A DNA stretch of 64,000 nucleotides from Eledone cirrhosa (taxonomy: Eukaryota): positions 157,356,001 through 157,420,000 of the forward strand of contig OZ024743.1 in NCBI GenBank assembly GCA_964016885.1, in the 5' to 3' direction. Each line of letters opens with the position of its first letter. The stretch's first letter is position 1. The position numbers were made by a program, and so were the translations under genes. Positions 1 through 12,901 of the stretch are shown piece after piece. Under the pieces are notes generated by a model. That model made no database searches. It was not told the DNA's origin and saw only the letters and a list, made by a program, of their open reading frames with translations.

Positions 1-229
1 TCTATCTATCTATCTATCTATCTATATAATCTAGCTGTCGTCTGTTCTACAGTGTGGATGTAATTCACTTCGCGCAGAAGTTTTGTTCAAATTTATTGCG
101 GAAATTTTGTGAGTTCAAATTTAATTTTGATACTATTGTGTAGCTTGACCCCCCGTCTGAACTGTCAGACGGTGGGTCAGCTCATCTTTACCCCTCCTAG
201 AGGTGAAAAACCTGTTTTCTTAAAATTTT

Positions 230-2212
230 GTGGCAAAAAAAAAAAAATTTTTCAATCGTCTGACAGAAATGTTAAACGAAGCGAACGAAAATAGTGGTGG
301 GGGGACAGCGGTAAGAGTTGTAAGCTCGCAAGCTTTAGTCCCCCCCTCTTCCTTCCCAACTAACGTCATAGAGAAGGAAGGAAAAATAAAAATAAAAACA
401 GACGAATCTGCGGAGAAAAATGACGAAAACACAAATCTGGACATGGATTCCAACAACGAAAAAAAAAATTTGAAAAATTGCATGACAATACTAACACCAC
501 AAACAAAGACACAACAAACACAAAAATAACATTTGAAAATAACACCATAACAGAAAGCAAAGCAGACGACAGAGTCAAGATTTCATTTGCACAAACAACA
601 AAGAAATCGTTGACATATATACCCGAAAATATTTCAGATGTGGCACGAAGAATCACAGACGCCAAACAATACATAAGTGAAGGAGAGAATGGTATTTTAT
701 CGGTAAAAATGCCTCAAGAACTCACCAAAGACATTGAAAGTCGAACGGTCGTGTTCCGCACCATCAACAACACTACAAAAAAAACCTGAACAGCCTTCTC
801 AAGCAGATATCAAAACAGTACTCACAGAACTACTTAATGAAACCACTTTCATAAGAAAAGACAGATTGTATGGAAGCCTAGCAATTATCATGAAGAACAA
901 ATCGGCGGCAAAAAAATGTGCTTTGTCACCGATTCCTTCGAAAAATTTTACCTTTTATCCATCTTATATGGGTAAAAGAACTCAACGCATATGGCTGGAT
1001 GCAATAATGCCAGATGTGGACTACTGCTGGCTCATAGCTGGCTTCATCGATCCAGTGAATGACAACGTGATTTCCATTGGGAAAACCACAGGCAATGCGT
1101 TCAGTGGAACAGGTATAGAGCTGGTAGTGCAAATGAAGCCTGAACGCATCGCCCAAATACCCGACAGAATCCTATTAGAGGGCCACGGGTATATAAACAT
1201 TAGCGTGGAGGGGAGAAGGCCGTCCTGTCATAGCTGTGCAGGCAGAGGGCACCTGAAAGCCGCTTGTCCCCAACTCAACAAAAAGAAAACCCTGCTACCA
1301 ACACCATCTCCACCACCACCACCACAACAGATAAACAAACAAAAAAACTCAGTCCCACCCAACCCGTCCCTCAGTAAAACCACACCACCACCACAACACA
1401 AACAGTCACAACACATTACCCCAAAACAAAATACAGGCCCACCCAACCCCTCACTCAATAAAACAACACAACCACCGCAGACACAACACAGTCTAACATA
1501 GTGACATCCATCTCCCCCACAAAGAAAACCAACACGGAAACATTACCAGCAAACATACCTCTTCCCTCCAACACTGAAGATAACCCAACGAATTCGGAGG
1601 AAGAAACGGCGTCCTTCAGACAGATTAAAAGGAAAAAAAGAAAACATGTGCAAAACACACAAGGCCAAACAACCCCCACCCAAATCTCAACACAATCCAA
1701 CAAAACAGAAAACACCCCTCCAGCAACAAACAAAACCAAACCTGCCCCTCCCCTCTTCGATACACTCACAGCATCCGAAAAAAAAGACATTACACTATAC
1801 TTACATCAACAGAAACAATAATAAATTAAATGAACTCATAAACAATAATCCTTCGGTACAAACCGAAGGTGTAAACTTTGTTTCTTCAGAAAACTACCCA
1901 CATTTAAAATTAATAAAGATCCCAATGAACCGCTACCAAAAACTTAAAAAGGATTTTAAGGAGGACGTAGGACCACCCTCTGTCAAACCCATAAACCGCG
2001 TCCTACTAAAAAGCTTTCCCCCTCCCCTTCCCCTCCCCAACACAACTCCAAACACCCCAACCCCACCACACACTGACGACCCCACACCACCACAAGACAC
2101 CCCTTCACCCAACACCCCGACCCCATGGAAGTCGTGCAACCCGAACTCCGGGAAGCGGAAAGGTAGGTCTCTACACTCTCCTTTGGCTCTGCCGCCCACA
2201 TGGATGTGTTAA
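230..2212 (+). pseudogene. Tx1-type ORF1 (gag-like, zinc knuckle, Pro/Thr-rich tail), split by frameshifts and stops
   Basis: ORF pieces 230-529, 478-789, 734-1501, 1501-1821 and 1646-2212; motif VEGRRPSCHSCAGRGHLKAACP (CX2CX4HX4C); the homologous VEGRRPRC segment is in the 60444 element. Confidence 0.8.
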
Positions 2213-5200
2213 GAGTAGGATGTTTGAATGCACGTGGCCTGGGCTCAACTTGGAAGCAAGCAAAGCTTCTAAATGACCTCAGGTCATGTGGTATAAATGT
2301 AATGGTTATCTGTGAGACTCGAATCAGCGTCGTGCGGCAGCTGGCCCCTACCTTCGATGACTTTGAGGTGCATGCATCTCTCTGTCAACCTGGAGGTGGG
2401 GGTGGGGTTGTCGTACTGCTGCAAAAACACCTGGGTCTTGCCATACAGGTTGTGCACTCGGACCCGGAAGGTCCTTTGTTGGTGCTAGACGTTGGCAGTA
2501 GTGAAGGTGCGGCCTTGAGACTGGTCGCCGTCTACCCCCCTTTCGGAGCTGAACGGCCCGACTTCTTCCAGCGTTTGGAGACTTTTCTAGGAACGTCGCG
2601 TTCCCTGCTTCTAGCGGGGGATTGGAATGACATCCTAGATGCACGTTGGGACTATGCAGGAGCATGTCCTAATAGAGGGGGGTGTAACAACCTCAAGGGT
2701 TACTCGACCGTTTTAACTTGGTCGATAGATATCGACTAGATTTTCCAACTGTGCCTACCTGGACTTGGAGAAACCACAGTGGTCAATCTAGATCGTACTT
2801 AGATAGATTCTTAGTTAGAAGTAAGGATAGGGACATATTAAGCTGTCCAGAAATGCGCACGGTTGGCTACACGGATCACAAGTTAGTGACCTGCGTAGTC
2901 AATCTCGAGAAAACACATAAACAGGGTCCCGGTTACTGGAAACTTAATTTGTCTTTACCGGCAAAAGAGACTTACAGAAACCGGATTAGCAGATTAGTTA
3001 AGGAGAGGTTGACGGCTGCAATCGTCAACAACCGATGGTGGGCATCTCTCAAAAGAGAGATTAGAACAGAATCAATAAGTTATAGCAAGATGTTAGCTGC
3101 CGATAGGAATAAAAACGAGAAAGAATTAACAGGTAAATTAGAAGAGGCAATCAAGAGCGAAGACGTGGCCAGAGTGCTGGCATCGAGGACGGCCTTGAGC
3201 CAGTTTTTCGATGCAAAGCACGAAGGCTGCGTCATTCGAAGTAAAATACGTGCTCTAGGTAATGAGGGGGCCAAAGCCGTTGGCTGGGCCCGCGTGACAG
3301 AAGCTAAGAGTGGAAATCGATCCACCATCCGGTCGTTGTACGACGAAGATGGACGGGTGATCCGGGAGCCTAAGCAGATGTGCGAGGCCTTTCAAAGGCA
3401 CTTTTCCCGATTGTTCGAGGGAGGCGAGGGTCCGGGCGGGGGCGTGGATTTCGGTCCATACCTCGACGGCCTGCCGCGTTTCTCGAGCGAAGAGGCAGAG
3501 TCCTGCGAGGGACCAATCTCGGCTGATGAGATCGGAGATGCGCTGAGCCAATGCAGCAGACGCAAATCTCCAGGTCTCGATGGTATACCTTACGAACTTT
3601 ATTTAGCAATGCCGGTCTTCTTCTCCGAACTCCTCGAAGCGGTCTACTGCAATTGGCAGCAGAACGGGAGAATTCCTTGTTCTGTAGCCAAGGGCGCAGT
3701 CACGCTGGTGAGGAAGGACGAGAACAAGGGAGATAGTATAAATAATTTTAGGCCCATAACCCTGCTAAACACAGAGTTAAAGATTTTGGCCAAGGTGTTA
3801 GCAAAGAGGTTGGCGCTTGTCGTCGGTGGCCTGGTGGGAGATGCGCAGACATGTGCTATCCCATCCAGGTCCATTCACGATAACCTCCACCTCATGCGAT
3901 ACATCATAGAGAGGTTTGGCAACAAACCCGGCTTCGGTGGGGCCCTGATCAACTTGGATCAGTCTAAGGCCTTCGATAGGGTCGACCATGGTTACCTGGA
4001 TGCAGTGCTAGCGGCGGCTGGGTTCGGTCCTGTTTTCAGAGGCTGGATCACTGCCTTACATAGCAACCACATCTGTTCTAGGATCAAGGTGAACGGCTAC
4101 TTTTCGAAGCCGTTCGAAATCACACGATCCATTCGACAGGGGTGCCCTCTCTCCTCCCTTCTGTACGTATTGACTCTCGAGCCTTTACTGAGGAAGTTGG
4201 AGTCGTTGCAGGGTATCCCCCTGGAACCAGGATTGAGCAAAGCGGTGTCGGCCTACGCCGATGACGTAACAGTAATGGTATCGACCGACTCGGAGATCGA
4301 GGCAATCGGTACCTTACTGGAGGATTACGAAAGGTTGTCAGGAGCGAAACTGAACCGGGAAAAATCCATCGGGCTGCAACTCGGAACGTGGAGAGGCAGA
4401 CCGATGCCTCCCGACGGTGTCGTCGGACACTGGACGGAGGGCCCGGTAAAGTTGCTTGGGGTCTGGTTTGGACCGGACCTCCAGGTGGAAAAGAACTGGA
4501 ACGAGGTTACGAACAAGGTGTTTGCACTAACCCAGAAATGGGCCAAGTGTAAGCTGTCCCTAAAAGGGCGGGCGGAGGTGGCGAACATTTACATAGCGTC
4601 CGTCACTTACTACCGCCTGACTGTTGTGCCTTGCCCTAAGGAAACACTCACCACCATAGAACGCATGCTCTTCCAATTTCTTTGGAAGAAGCGCCCTCCT
4701 ATGGTGAGAAGATCCATCTGCTGCCAACAACCTTCGAAAGGAGGGCTGGGGATGCCGTGGTTGATGATGCGTGGGCACGCATTAAGGCTACGGCACCTAC
4801 AGGTATTCCTCACTGGTCAACCGGTGTGGGCTCCGTTCGTGAAACGAGCCTTTCCGAGACTCGTCTCGCTCACCGAGCTGCAGTCCTGGGTCAAGCAAAG
4901 ATCCGGAAAACTGGGAGACTGGCACACTGTGTGTTCTCAATCGCTCAGGGCTCTCTGGCAAGCGGGCCAGGCCGTCGGTGGAGAATCCACCTCATCATTC
5001 TATAGAGGGCTGGTGGTTAGCAGGGGCGATGACACCCTTGGAGAGTCGCTGAACATGGAAGAGGACGAACTGGCCAGCCTGTTCGGTAGGACTTTCGGCC
5101 CAGGACCAATGGACAACTTCCAGAAGTCACTGGCCTGGCAGTGCTACCGGGGGGCTCTACCCGTTCGAGAGAGGCTCTACAGACACGGGCGCCCGGTCAG

Positions 5201-5635
5201 GGATCCCTCAAAAAAGATTTGCCCTAGATGCGTGCGTCACGAAGAAACCGTTGCGCACGCATTGGTGCAATGTCCGGGCGTGGCTGATCTGTGGGGCTAC
5301 GCCGAACGACTGCTGTCGCGGGTGGCGCCGATTCAATTGACCGCCGAGTCCGTGATGACAATCAAACCGCCTCCCCTCTTCACAAAGGAAGCAAAGGCGG
5401 TTTTTCTGTGCGTAATAGCCATGTTGAAAGAGGTTGTTTGGTGGACACCATTGAAAGGTCTGAGGTCAGGCAACTTCCTCTCTGGCCTTAGTCTGGTCTA
5501 CTTCTTCCGATATCACTTCGGAAGAAGGATAAGAATTGAGGAGAGGTGCTTGGCCACAGGCAGTTTTATGAAAGGTGGGTGATAGTGGCGAGAATGGCTC
5601 GTGTAAATGGGCCTTCTCTGTATACCATCCTGTAG
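2200..5635 (+). pseudogene. ORF2: APE endonuclease + reverse transcriptase + C-terminal CCHC
   Basis: LNARGL, LAGDWN, SYLDRF and YTDHK (APE); KSPGLDG, FRPITLLN, DQSKAFDRVDH, RQGCPLS and YADD (4254-4265); CPRC..HALVQC. One frameshift near 2700. A second near 5572 restores WVIVARMARVNGPSLYTIL* (TAG 5633-5635), matching the 47368-47800 copy. Confidence 0.93.
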
Positions 5636-5847
5636 GTAAAGAAGTAAAGGAGATGGGAGCACCTTCTCCATGTGCTCCCCGGGCAAAGGACTGCGCCCTT
5701 TTTCGAGGGTGTGTGCAACCCCCATCACGTCCCCTCCCTTTTGAGGTTATTTTCTATTATTTTCATTTTATACCCTTTTTACTCGATTGTTTGTAAACTC
5801 CCCCTTTGTATTTGTCCCTTCTTTTTATGCCTTTATGGTAAATAAAG

Positions 5848-5946
<99 letters not shown>

Positions 5947-6539
5947 TACAAGGGATAACAAAATATCGTTATAGGTAATCCAGTTAGCGGTTGTGAATAC
6001 TTCTTATTATGGATAGTTTTAGCGTACGGCTTTGTTTGACTCAACAAGAGGTATACGTAGATGGCGAGTTTATGATTTAACTTGTATTCCTATGTAAGTT
6101 TATCTTGGAGTAATAAAATTGAAAAAAATGTGAAGAATAACATGATTAACTGTACAAAAAACGGGAATTTATTTACAGTCTAACAATTGTTTCTCTGATT
6201 GAGTTGTCTAAAAATTGCTGAACACTAGAAGCAATGCCACTTGCTTCTACAGGTGTGGATAGTGCTATTTCTATTAAGTGTGTTGTTATTTTTTGTATTT
6301 GGTATGTATTTGAGTGTCTCTTTATGGCCTGCCTTATGTAAAGCTATGCTGTAGTAGTTAGCGTGTTCGTTAAAAATCTCTAGATTAGAAGATAGGCGTG
6401 AAATTCTAAGGGATATACTATGTGCTATGGAATAAGAAGTATTCACAACCTCTAACTGGATTACATATAACGATATTTTGTTATCCCTTGTACCAAGCTC
6501 CCATTAAGTTGAGCAATTAATTTAACGCACGGCACTAAC

Positions 6540-8910
6540 ATGGAAAGACACTACATAAGAATGTCCTTAAAAAACATACCTATACCTACAAATATGGAAT
6601 ATACGCTCGGTATGATACAAAGAACTAATGACTTTATCCGTAGAATCAGATGGAAAGCATATCATTACGATAAAGGACATAATAATAATGATAGAAATAA
6701 TGAATCTACCAATGAAAAATATAGATCCTGCAAAAATCCAACGGGCAACCCACAACTTGATGCCTTTGAACATGATCTCATGAATATGATAAAAGAAACT
6801 AAATTAAAAAAACGAACACATCATAACAAACTGCAAAATAACATCAATGCGCTACTAAAACAAAAATAATTTAACACCAACGGTATTATATTAAAGGCAG
6901 ACAAAACATCAAGTGTATACACCATGAGTCTTAATACATACAACGACTTTATACGTCGGGAATTACATAAAAATACAAAAACATACAGTCTACACTCAAT
7001 AGCATTAAGAAGGAAGATCTTAACATAGTAAAACAAACTTTAAATATCTGACAGAACCGAACCTCTAACACCTTGTAAACCCACTTTTAATCTGAAGGAT
7101 TATGAATGTAACTTCGAAACTGACCCTACTATTAGATTAATATGTCCATCAAAATGAGATATATGCAGAATTAGCAAGTTTATACCAGATAGAATAATAC
7201 CACAAATTAAAGAAAAACTAATAATCAAACTCTGGGGTAACACTAATGAAGCAATACATTGGTTTAATAAATTAGACAATAGAGAATCTTCCGACTTCAT
7301 GCAGTTTGACATTAATGACTGCTACTCCTCTATTTCACCAGTAACCCTAAATAAGGCACTATCCTTTGCACAAAACACTCTGACCTATCACCAGAGGAAA
7401 TTAAAATAATACTAGCTGCTAGAAGAAGAATCATTAAATTCGACAATAGTTACTGGGAAAGAAGAAATAGACAGAATAACTTCGATATAACTATGGGATC
7501 AAATGATTCAGCCCAAGTTACAGACATTGTCGGAATTTATATAGTACACATCTTACATAACGAATTTGATAACCTACAAGGAGGAATTTTTAGAGACGAT
7601 ACATTGCTTTTAGCTAAAAACCTAAATAATCAAAACTTAGAAAGATTACGAAAAAAGATTAGACAATTCTTTAATAAATTAGGCCTTATCATCACTTTTG
7701 AACTCAATTCTAACTTCTTAGATGTATCGCTTAACCTAAACATAATGAAAAAAATAATGAAAATTTATCTTACATTAATTATAACTCTAATCAACCTCGA
7801 GCCATAATTAATTCCATAGCACATAATATATCCCTTAAAATCTCACGCCTATCTTCTAATCTAGAGATGTTTAACTAACACGCTAACTACTACAACATAG
7901 CTTTACTTTAGTCAGGTCATAAAGAGAGAATCAAATACATACCAAATACAAAAAAAACAACACACTTAATAGAAATAGCACTACCCACACCTATAGAAGC
8001 AACAAATCTAGGACTAAACATAGAAATTGGCAACAAGCACATGAATTAATTGAACAGAATACTAATAGAAAGACCACTAATAACTATAGAAGATGTAGAG
8101 ATAGAATGTACTTATTATTCAATCCAGTGTTTAACTCCTCTATAAAAACAAACCTACCTTATACTTTCTTCAAATTAGTTGACAAACACTTCCCTAAAAT
8201 TCATAAATATCATAAAGTATTTAAGACAAAACTGTCGAACTATCATACTCCACTGCCAACAACATAGAATTGCACATACATAAAATTAACTATAAAAGAA
8301 TTTATAATCCAAGTAGCACGCAAATAAGTACCATAACACCAAATAAAAAACATAAACATATAACATCACCACAACCAAACGCACGTCAGAACACATCTCC
8401 ACAATACATCAACAAACCCGATTCTCAGCCCATACATAACAATTTACAAAACCATATTGAAGAACCGGCACATACGAAAATCTAAATGTAATTGCCATCT
8501 ACCTGACAAATGCCCATTACAAAATAGATGCCTAGAGTCTAATATAGTATACCTATGAACTATAAATTAAGGCAGCTTAGCATGGCACTACATAGGATCT
8601 ACAGCTGGAGAATTTAAGAAAAGGTGGTATGTTCACAGACACTCAATGATTAACAGAAAACTCATAAATACAACAACTCTCGCCAATAAAATCTGTACTC
8701 AGAGATGCAAGCATGGAATATAAAATCAGCTGGACGAAGCTATCAACAGCAACAGCCTATCGAATTGGCATGTCCCACTGTGGTCTTTGTAATATGGAGC
8801 TTTTCCAAATGTTAAAGTACAACAAAATGCTACTTAACAGTAAAATTGAAAGAACTATTTACTGTAGGCATAAAACGGCTTCCAAATTTGAGAATTTTAG
8901 ACCAGCTTAA
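6540..8910 (+). pseudogene. PLE RT + GIY-YIG endonuclease ORF, degenerate
   Basis: SLKNIPIP..RRIRWKA N-terminus, KADKTS, MGSNDSAQ, GGIFRDD, CNC-x5-CP-x4-C linker, IVY..HYIGST, CGLC and C-terminal CRHK; many stops and frameshifts. Confidence 0.88.
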
Positions 8911-9739
8911 TTCATCTTATCTATTCCATAACCCAAATGTACCACTTAGGTCTATTATAATATCACATCATCATCATTATTGTGATAATTGTCACCATCT
9001 ATCAATGAACCAACATCAAAACCTCTTATATTTACATTCATATTTTATGTATCTCTATCTTTCTATCTCTGTTTCTCTCCCTAAATTTATTTCATTCCTA
9101 GTATTTTATCCTATCATATCATTTTCACTTCTAATATAATATACAACTAATTAATCAAATAATTAATTAATTATATAATTAATTTAATAAAATAACCAAT
9201 ACACACATAAATATATTTAACATTACCATATTTATACCTTCGCATCTCTCTATATTTTAACCACTTTCAATAATCTTTATATGTTTAAATTTCTACGCAC
9301 ATTTTACTTATTATTTATTTATTTATTTTCATATTTTCATATTTTCAAATTCCATATTTTGTATCATTTTATATCATACTCGATATAATTTATTTAGTTA
9401 TTCATTTATTTATTTATTAATTTACATTTATTCATGTATTAACATTTATTCATTTATTGTTGATATCATTTTTTCCTCTTACGTTATTTCTCCTCTATCC
9501 TTTTCTATTCTCTTTCTATCCTCCTTTCTCTACATAATTTTTCTGTCTAAATCTTTCTCTGTTTTTCTTTTTCTTTTTCATTTTTCTTTTTCTTCTTTTT
9601 TATTTTCCATTTTTCTTTCGTTGTTTCTTATATCTATCTCTCTTTCTTTCTGTTGTTCTCTCGCTATCTTTATTACTAATATTATTATTGATGCTGTAAT
9701 TTGAATTTATCGATTTGCCGGTTATATATAATTTTTATA

Positions 9740-9837
9740 ACAGTTTCTGATGACATGATTCAGCTAGCATCGTAATTAACATTGAGTGGCATTGCAATTT
9801 TTAGACATCTCATTCAGAGAAACAATTGTTAGACTGT
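9740..9837 (+). ncRNA. Type I hammerhead ribozyme in a PLE pLTR (long stem II)
   Basis: Stem I acagttt/agactgt; CTGATGA 9747-9753; GAAAC-AATT-GTT 9819-9830. Confidence 0.7.
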
Positions 9838-10446
9838 AAATAAATTCAACTTTTTTGTACTGTTGACCATGTCATTCTTCACATTTTTTTCAATTTTGTT
9901 ACTCCAAGATAAACTTACATAGGAATACAAGTTAAATCATAAACTCGCCATCTACGTATACCTCTTGTTGAGTCGAACAAAGCCGTACGCTAAAACTATC
10001 CATAATAAGAAGTATTCACAACCTCTAACTGGATTACCTATAACGATATTTTGTTATCCCTTGTATATATGTATATATATATAGGGAGAGCGAGTGAGAG
10101 TGATGTGTGTGTGTATGTGTGTGTGTGTATGTGTGTATGTGTGTGTATGTGGGGGGGGGGTACGGATGGTATGAATCGATGTCATAACAACGTTTCCCTC
10201 AAATCTTATACTATTGCGGCTGGATAATCAAACAAACAGTCATACTGTGGATACATTTGTCTGAACAATTTCTTATCCTTGACTATATATGTACATATAT
10301 TCTCTTTGACAAGCTTCTTAAACCTATATTCATATAATCTCCCAGGGAAAGGACCATCATCTGAACTAAATTTTAACATCCTTATATATTTATTTATTCT
10401 AGTTCGAGTTATTTCATATTTGCAACTATGTCTTTGTTCTCTACAT

Positions 10447-10814
10447 AAAAACTCTGGTTTGGCTTACCTCGTTTTTGAAGAGAGGCATTTACCACTACAA
10501 GTCTAGAACTACTATTACATTTGAGATGGCAACAACTGAACTTGCACTAGTCAGTTAAACAAACCTTTCTATTTGTGGGAGACTGCAAACACCCCGACGA
10601 AGCTTTCCGAGCCCCAAAACAAATACCTGCTGATATTACCTCACTACTCTGAATAGTGGTTCCACACCGGTGTGCAGAAATCAATGCATTGGTCCGAGTA
10701 TATTTGATATACTAATATCGTTACCAGCACGAAGTCGTTTATCTTCCTGATTAACGTATGTGTACACTCTGTGTAATGGCTTTGTATTTCTAATAATACA
10801 AACCTGATTATACC

Positions 10815-10851
<37 letters not shown>

Positions 10852-11491
10852 AAAAAAAAAACAAGATTGTGTAGGACAGAACAAAGGAGAGGCACAAAAA
10901 AAAAGAAAAGAATCCCCAGTCACTGAAGAGGTCACTGAATGTGTGACGAAAGAACTTTGACAATATATGAACAATCGTCTGGTTGTGGAACTAACCAACC
11001 GGAAATTTATAAATTCCTAAATTTATAAATTTAATTTATAATAAATTGAAGTGAAAGCAACTGCTTGTGTTTCTTATTGGCAACATATATATATATATAT
11101 ATATATACATATATGGTATAATCAGGTTTGTATTATTAGAAATACAAAGCCATTACTCAGAGTGTACACATACGTTAATCAGGAAGATAAACGACTACTT
11201 CGTGTGGGTAATGATATTAGTATATCAAATATACCCGGACCAATGCGTTGGTTTCTGCACACCGGTGTGTCCCGATTAGGTCCAGCTGGAACCACTATTC
11301 AGAGTAGTGAGGTAATATCAGGAGGTATTTGTTTTGGGACTCGGAAAGCTTCGTCGGGGTGTTTGTAGTCTCCCGCAAATGAAAAGGTTTGTTTAACTGA
11401 CTAGTCCACGTTCAGTTGTTGCCATCTCAAATGTAATAGTAATCTTGTAGTGGCAATGCCTCTCTTCAAAAGCGAGGTAAGCCAAACTAGA

Positions 11492-11496
<5 letters not shown>
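10447..11496. mobile_element. Non-coding inverted pair of PLE-like pLTRs
   Basis: ~10447-10840 is the reverse complement of ~11085-11496; each arm holds a hammerhead-like fold (10623-10700 +; 11231-11328 -). Confidence 0.7.
10919..10961 (+). ncRNA. Minimal type I hammerhead ribozyme (CUU site)
   Basis: Stem I gtca/tgac; CTGAAGA 10923-10929; stem II gtcac/gtgac; GAAAG-AA-CTT. Confidence 0.7.
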
Positions 11497-11558
<62 letters not shown>

Positions 11559-11870
11559 ATAATAATAAATTTGAAGACTAAAATCCAAAGAGGGCTCGAT
11601 AAGGATAAATATATATCAAATATATAAGAACCGTAGACCAAATATTTATTAAAATAACAATATGAGTTTTTTTCAGAAGATCCCGTTAAGGGTGAAAGCT
11701 GCGATTCTTTGCTTAAACTTTAATCTTTTATTTTAATAAATATATATATATATATATATATAGTTTTAATATAGATGAGATTCTACAGGACTAGAACTGT
11801 TTCATTTATACACTGCTATGTATTGAGTACCTTACTTACTGTGCTTACCTCCGATTTAACCCGGAATAAC

Positions 11871-11920
<50 letters not shown>

Positions 11921-12068
11921 ATGTGTAGAAGTAAACACAGTAAATCCTGTGTCTAAAATTACGAGGGTAGATTACACCACAAATGTTATATATAATTCAA
12001 CCTGAATCATATGGGATGTTACAAAATTTCTTATATGATTTCTCATACATACCATATCAATAACAATT

Positions 12069-12164
12069 TCATCTTCCGGACAGACTAAGGATTTAAACTG
12101 TTTCACCCTGAATAAATCGTGTTTGTAACAAGTAATCCGTAGGCATTTCGTCAGCGAGAGATAA
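12069..12164 (-). ncRNA. Type I hammerhead ribozyme
   Basis: Reverse-complement copy of 12565-12660 with CTGACGA, GAAAC and GTC retained. Confidence 0.72.
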
Positions 12165-12564
12165 GATTAAATGATACATAACACCTATAACGAGAAACTC
12201 ACTAAAGTTTACACCTCGTGCGTTGAAAGTCATATGCGGTGCGAGTGGTTATGCTAGAAATAATAGACTATTTACACTCATTTGTATAAGTTCAACAGAT
12301 AAGGAACCGAAATACAAATAAAATATAGAGTTATTAACTCATATAGATACCCTGCAATTAACAAGCTCAACGTATAAATACTGAGCATTATAATATTAAT
12401 ATGTGTAGAAGTAAACACAGTAAATGCTGTGTCTAAAATTACGAGGGTAGAATGAGTGTAAATAGGCTATTATTTCTAGCATAACCACTCGCACCGCATA
12501 TGACTTTCAACACACGAGGTGTAAACTTTAGTGACTCGTTATAGGTGTGGTGTATCATTTAATC

Positions 12565-12660
12565 TTATCTCTCGCTGACGAAATGCCTACGGATTACTTG
12601 TTACAAACACGATTTACTGGGGGTGAAACAGATTAAATCTTTAGTCTGTCCGGGAGATGA
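12565..12660 (+). ncRNA. Type I hammerhead ribozyme, canonical core, GUC site
   Basis: 10-bp stem I ttatctctcg/cgggagatga; CTGACGA 12575-12581; GAAA 12625-12628; 9-bp stem III acagattaa/ttagtctgt; GTC 12648-12650. Confidence 0.85.
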
Positions 12661-12723
12661 AATTGTTATTGATATGGTATGTATGAGAAATCATATAAGA
12701 AATTTTGTAACATCACAATATGA

Positions 12724-12901
12724 GGTGGATTGGCAGTATCGGTGGAGGGTCGGACGCCATGCTTTCCAGCATAGTTACGTCCCTTTACGATCTGAGTTCA
12801 AATCCCGCCGACGTTGACGTTGCCTTTCATCCTTACGGGGTCGATAAAATAAAGTACCAGTAATGCACTGAGTGATTGCTGGCCTTGTGCCTAAAGTAGA
12901 A
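12724..12901 (+). mobile_element. tRNA-derived SINE (family A) inserted in the retrozyme-like unit
   Basis: B-box-like gagttcaaatccc; near-identical to five other copies in the window; flanking direct repeat acaatatga at 12715-12723 and 12902-12910; absent from the sister unit. Confidence 0.88.

Larger units (their letters stand above)
29..5850 (+). mobile_element. Near full-length L1/Tx1-clade non-LTR retrotransposon (frameshifted)
   Basis: ORF1 with a CCHC knuckle, then APE-RT-CCHC ORF2; 3' UTR with AATAAA at 5841-5846; flanked by (TCTA)n at the 5' end and (TC)n/(TA)n at the 3' end. Confidence 0.93.
5941..10071 (+). mobile_element. Penelope-like element (Naiad-like) with an inverted 5' pseudo-LTR
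   Basis: 5941-6218 is the reverse complement of 9794-10071; partial direct pLTR at 6431-6492; both ends abut (TA)n. Confidence 0.9.

Noticed and set aside
3080-5491. Short antisense and alternate-frame ORFs inside Tx1 ORF2
   Set aside because: Expected shadow ORFs of GC-rich coding sequence.
9690-9755. Possible SECIS overlapping the hammerhead
   Set aside because: No AUGA quartet and poor helix pairing.
11660-11720. CAGAAGA-ccc/ggg-GAAAG hammerhead-like string (related copy near 58400)
   Set aside because: Core is altered in both copies and no stem I or III pairing was found.
12724-12810. tRNA-like A/B boxes
   Set aside because: No cloverleaf; part of a dispersed SINE with TSDs.
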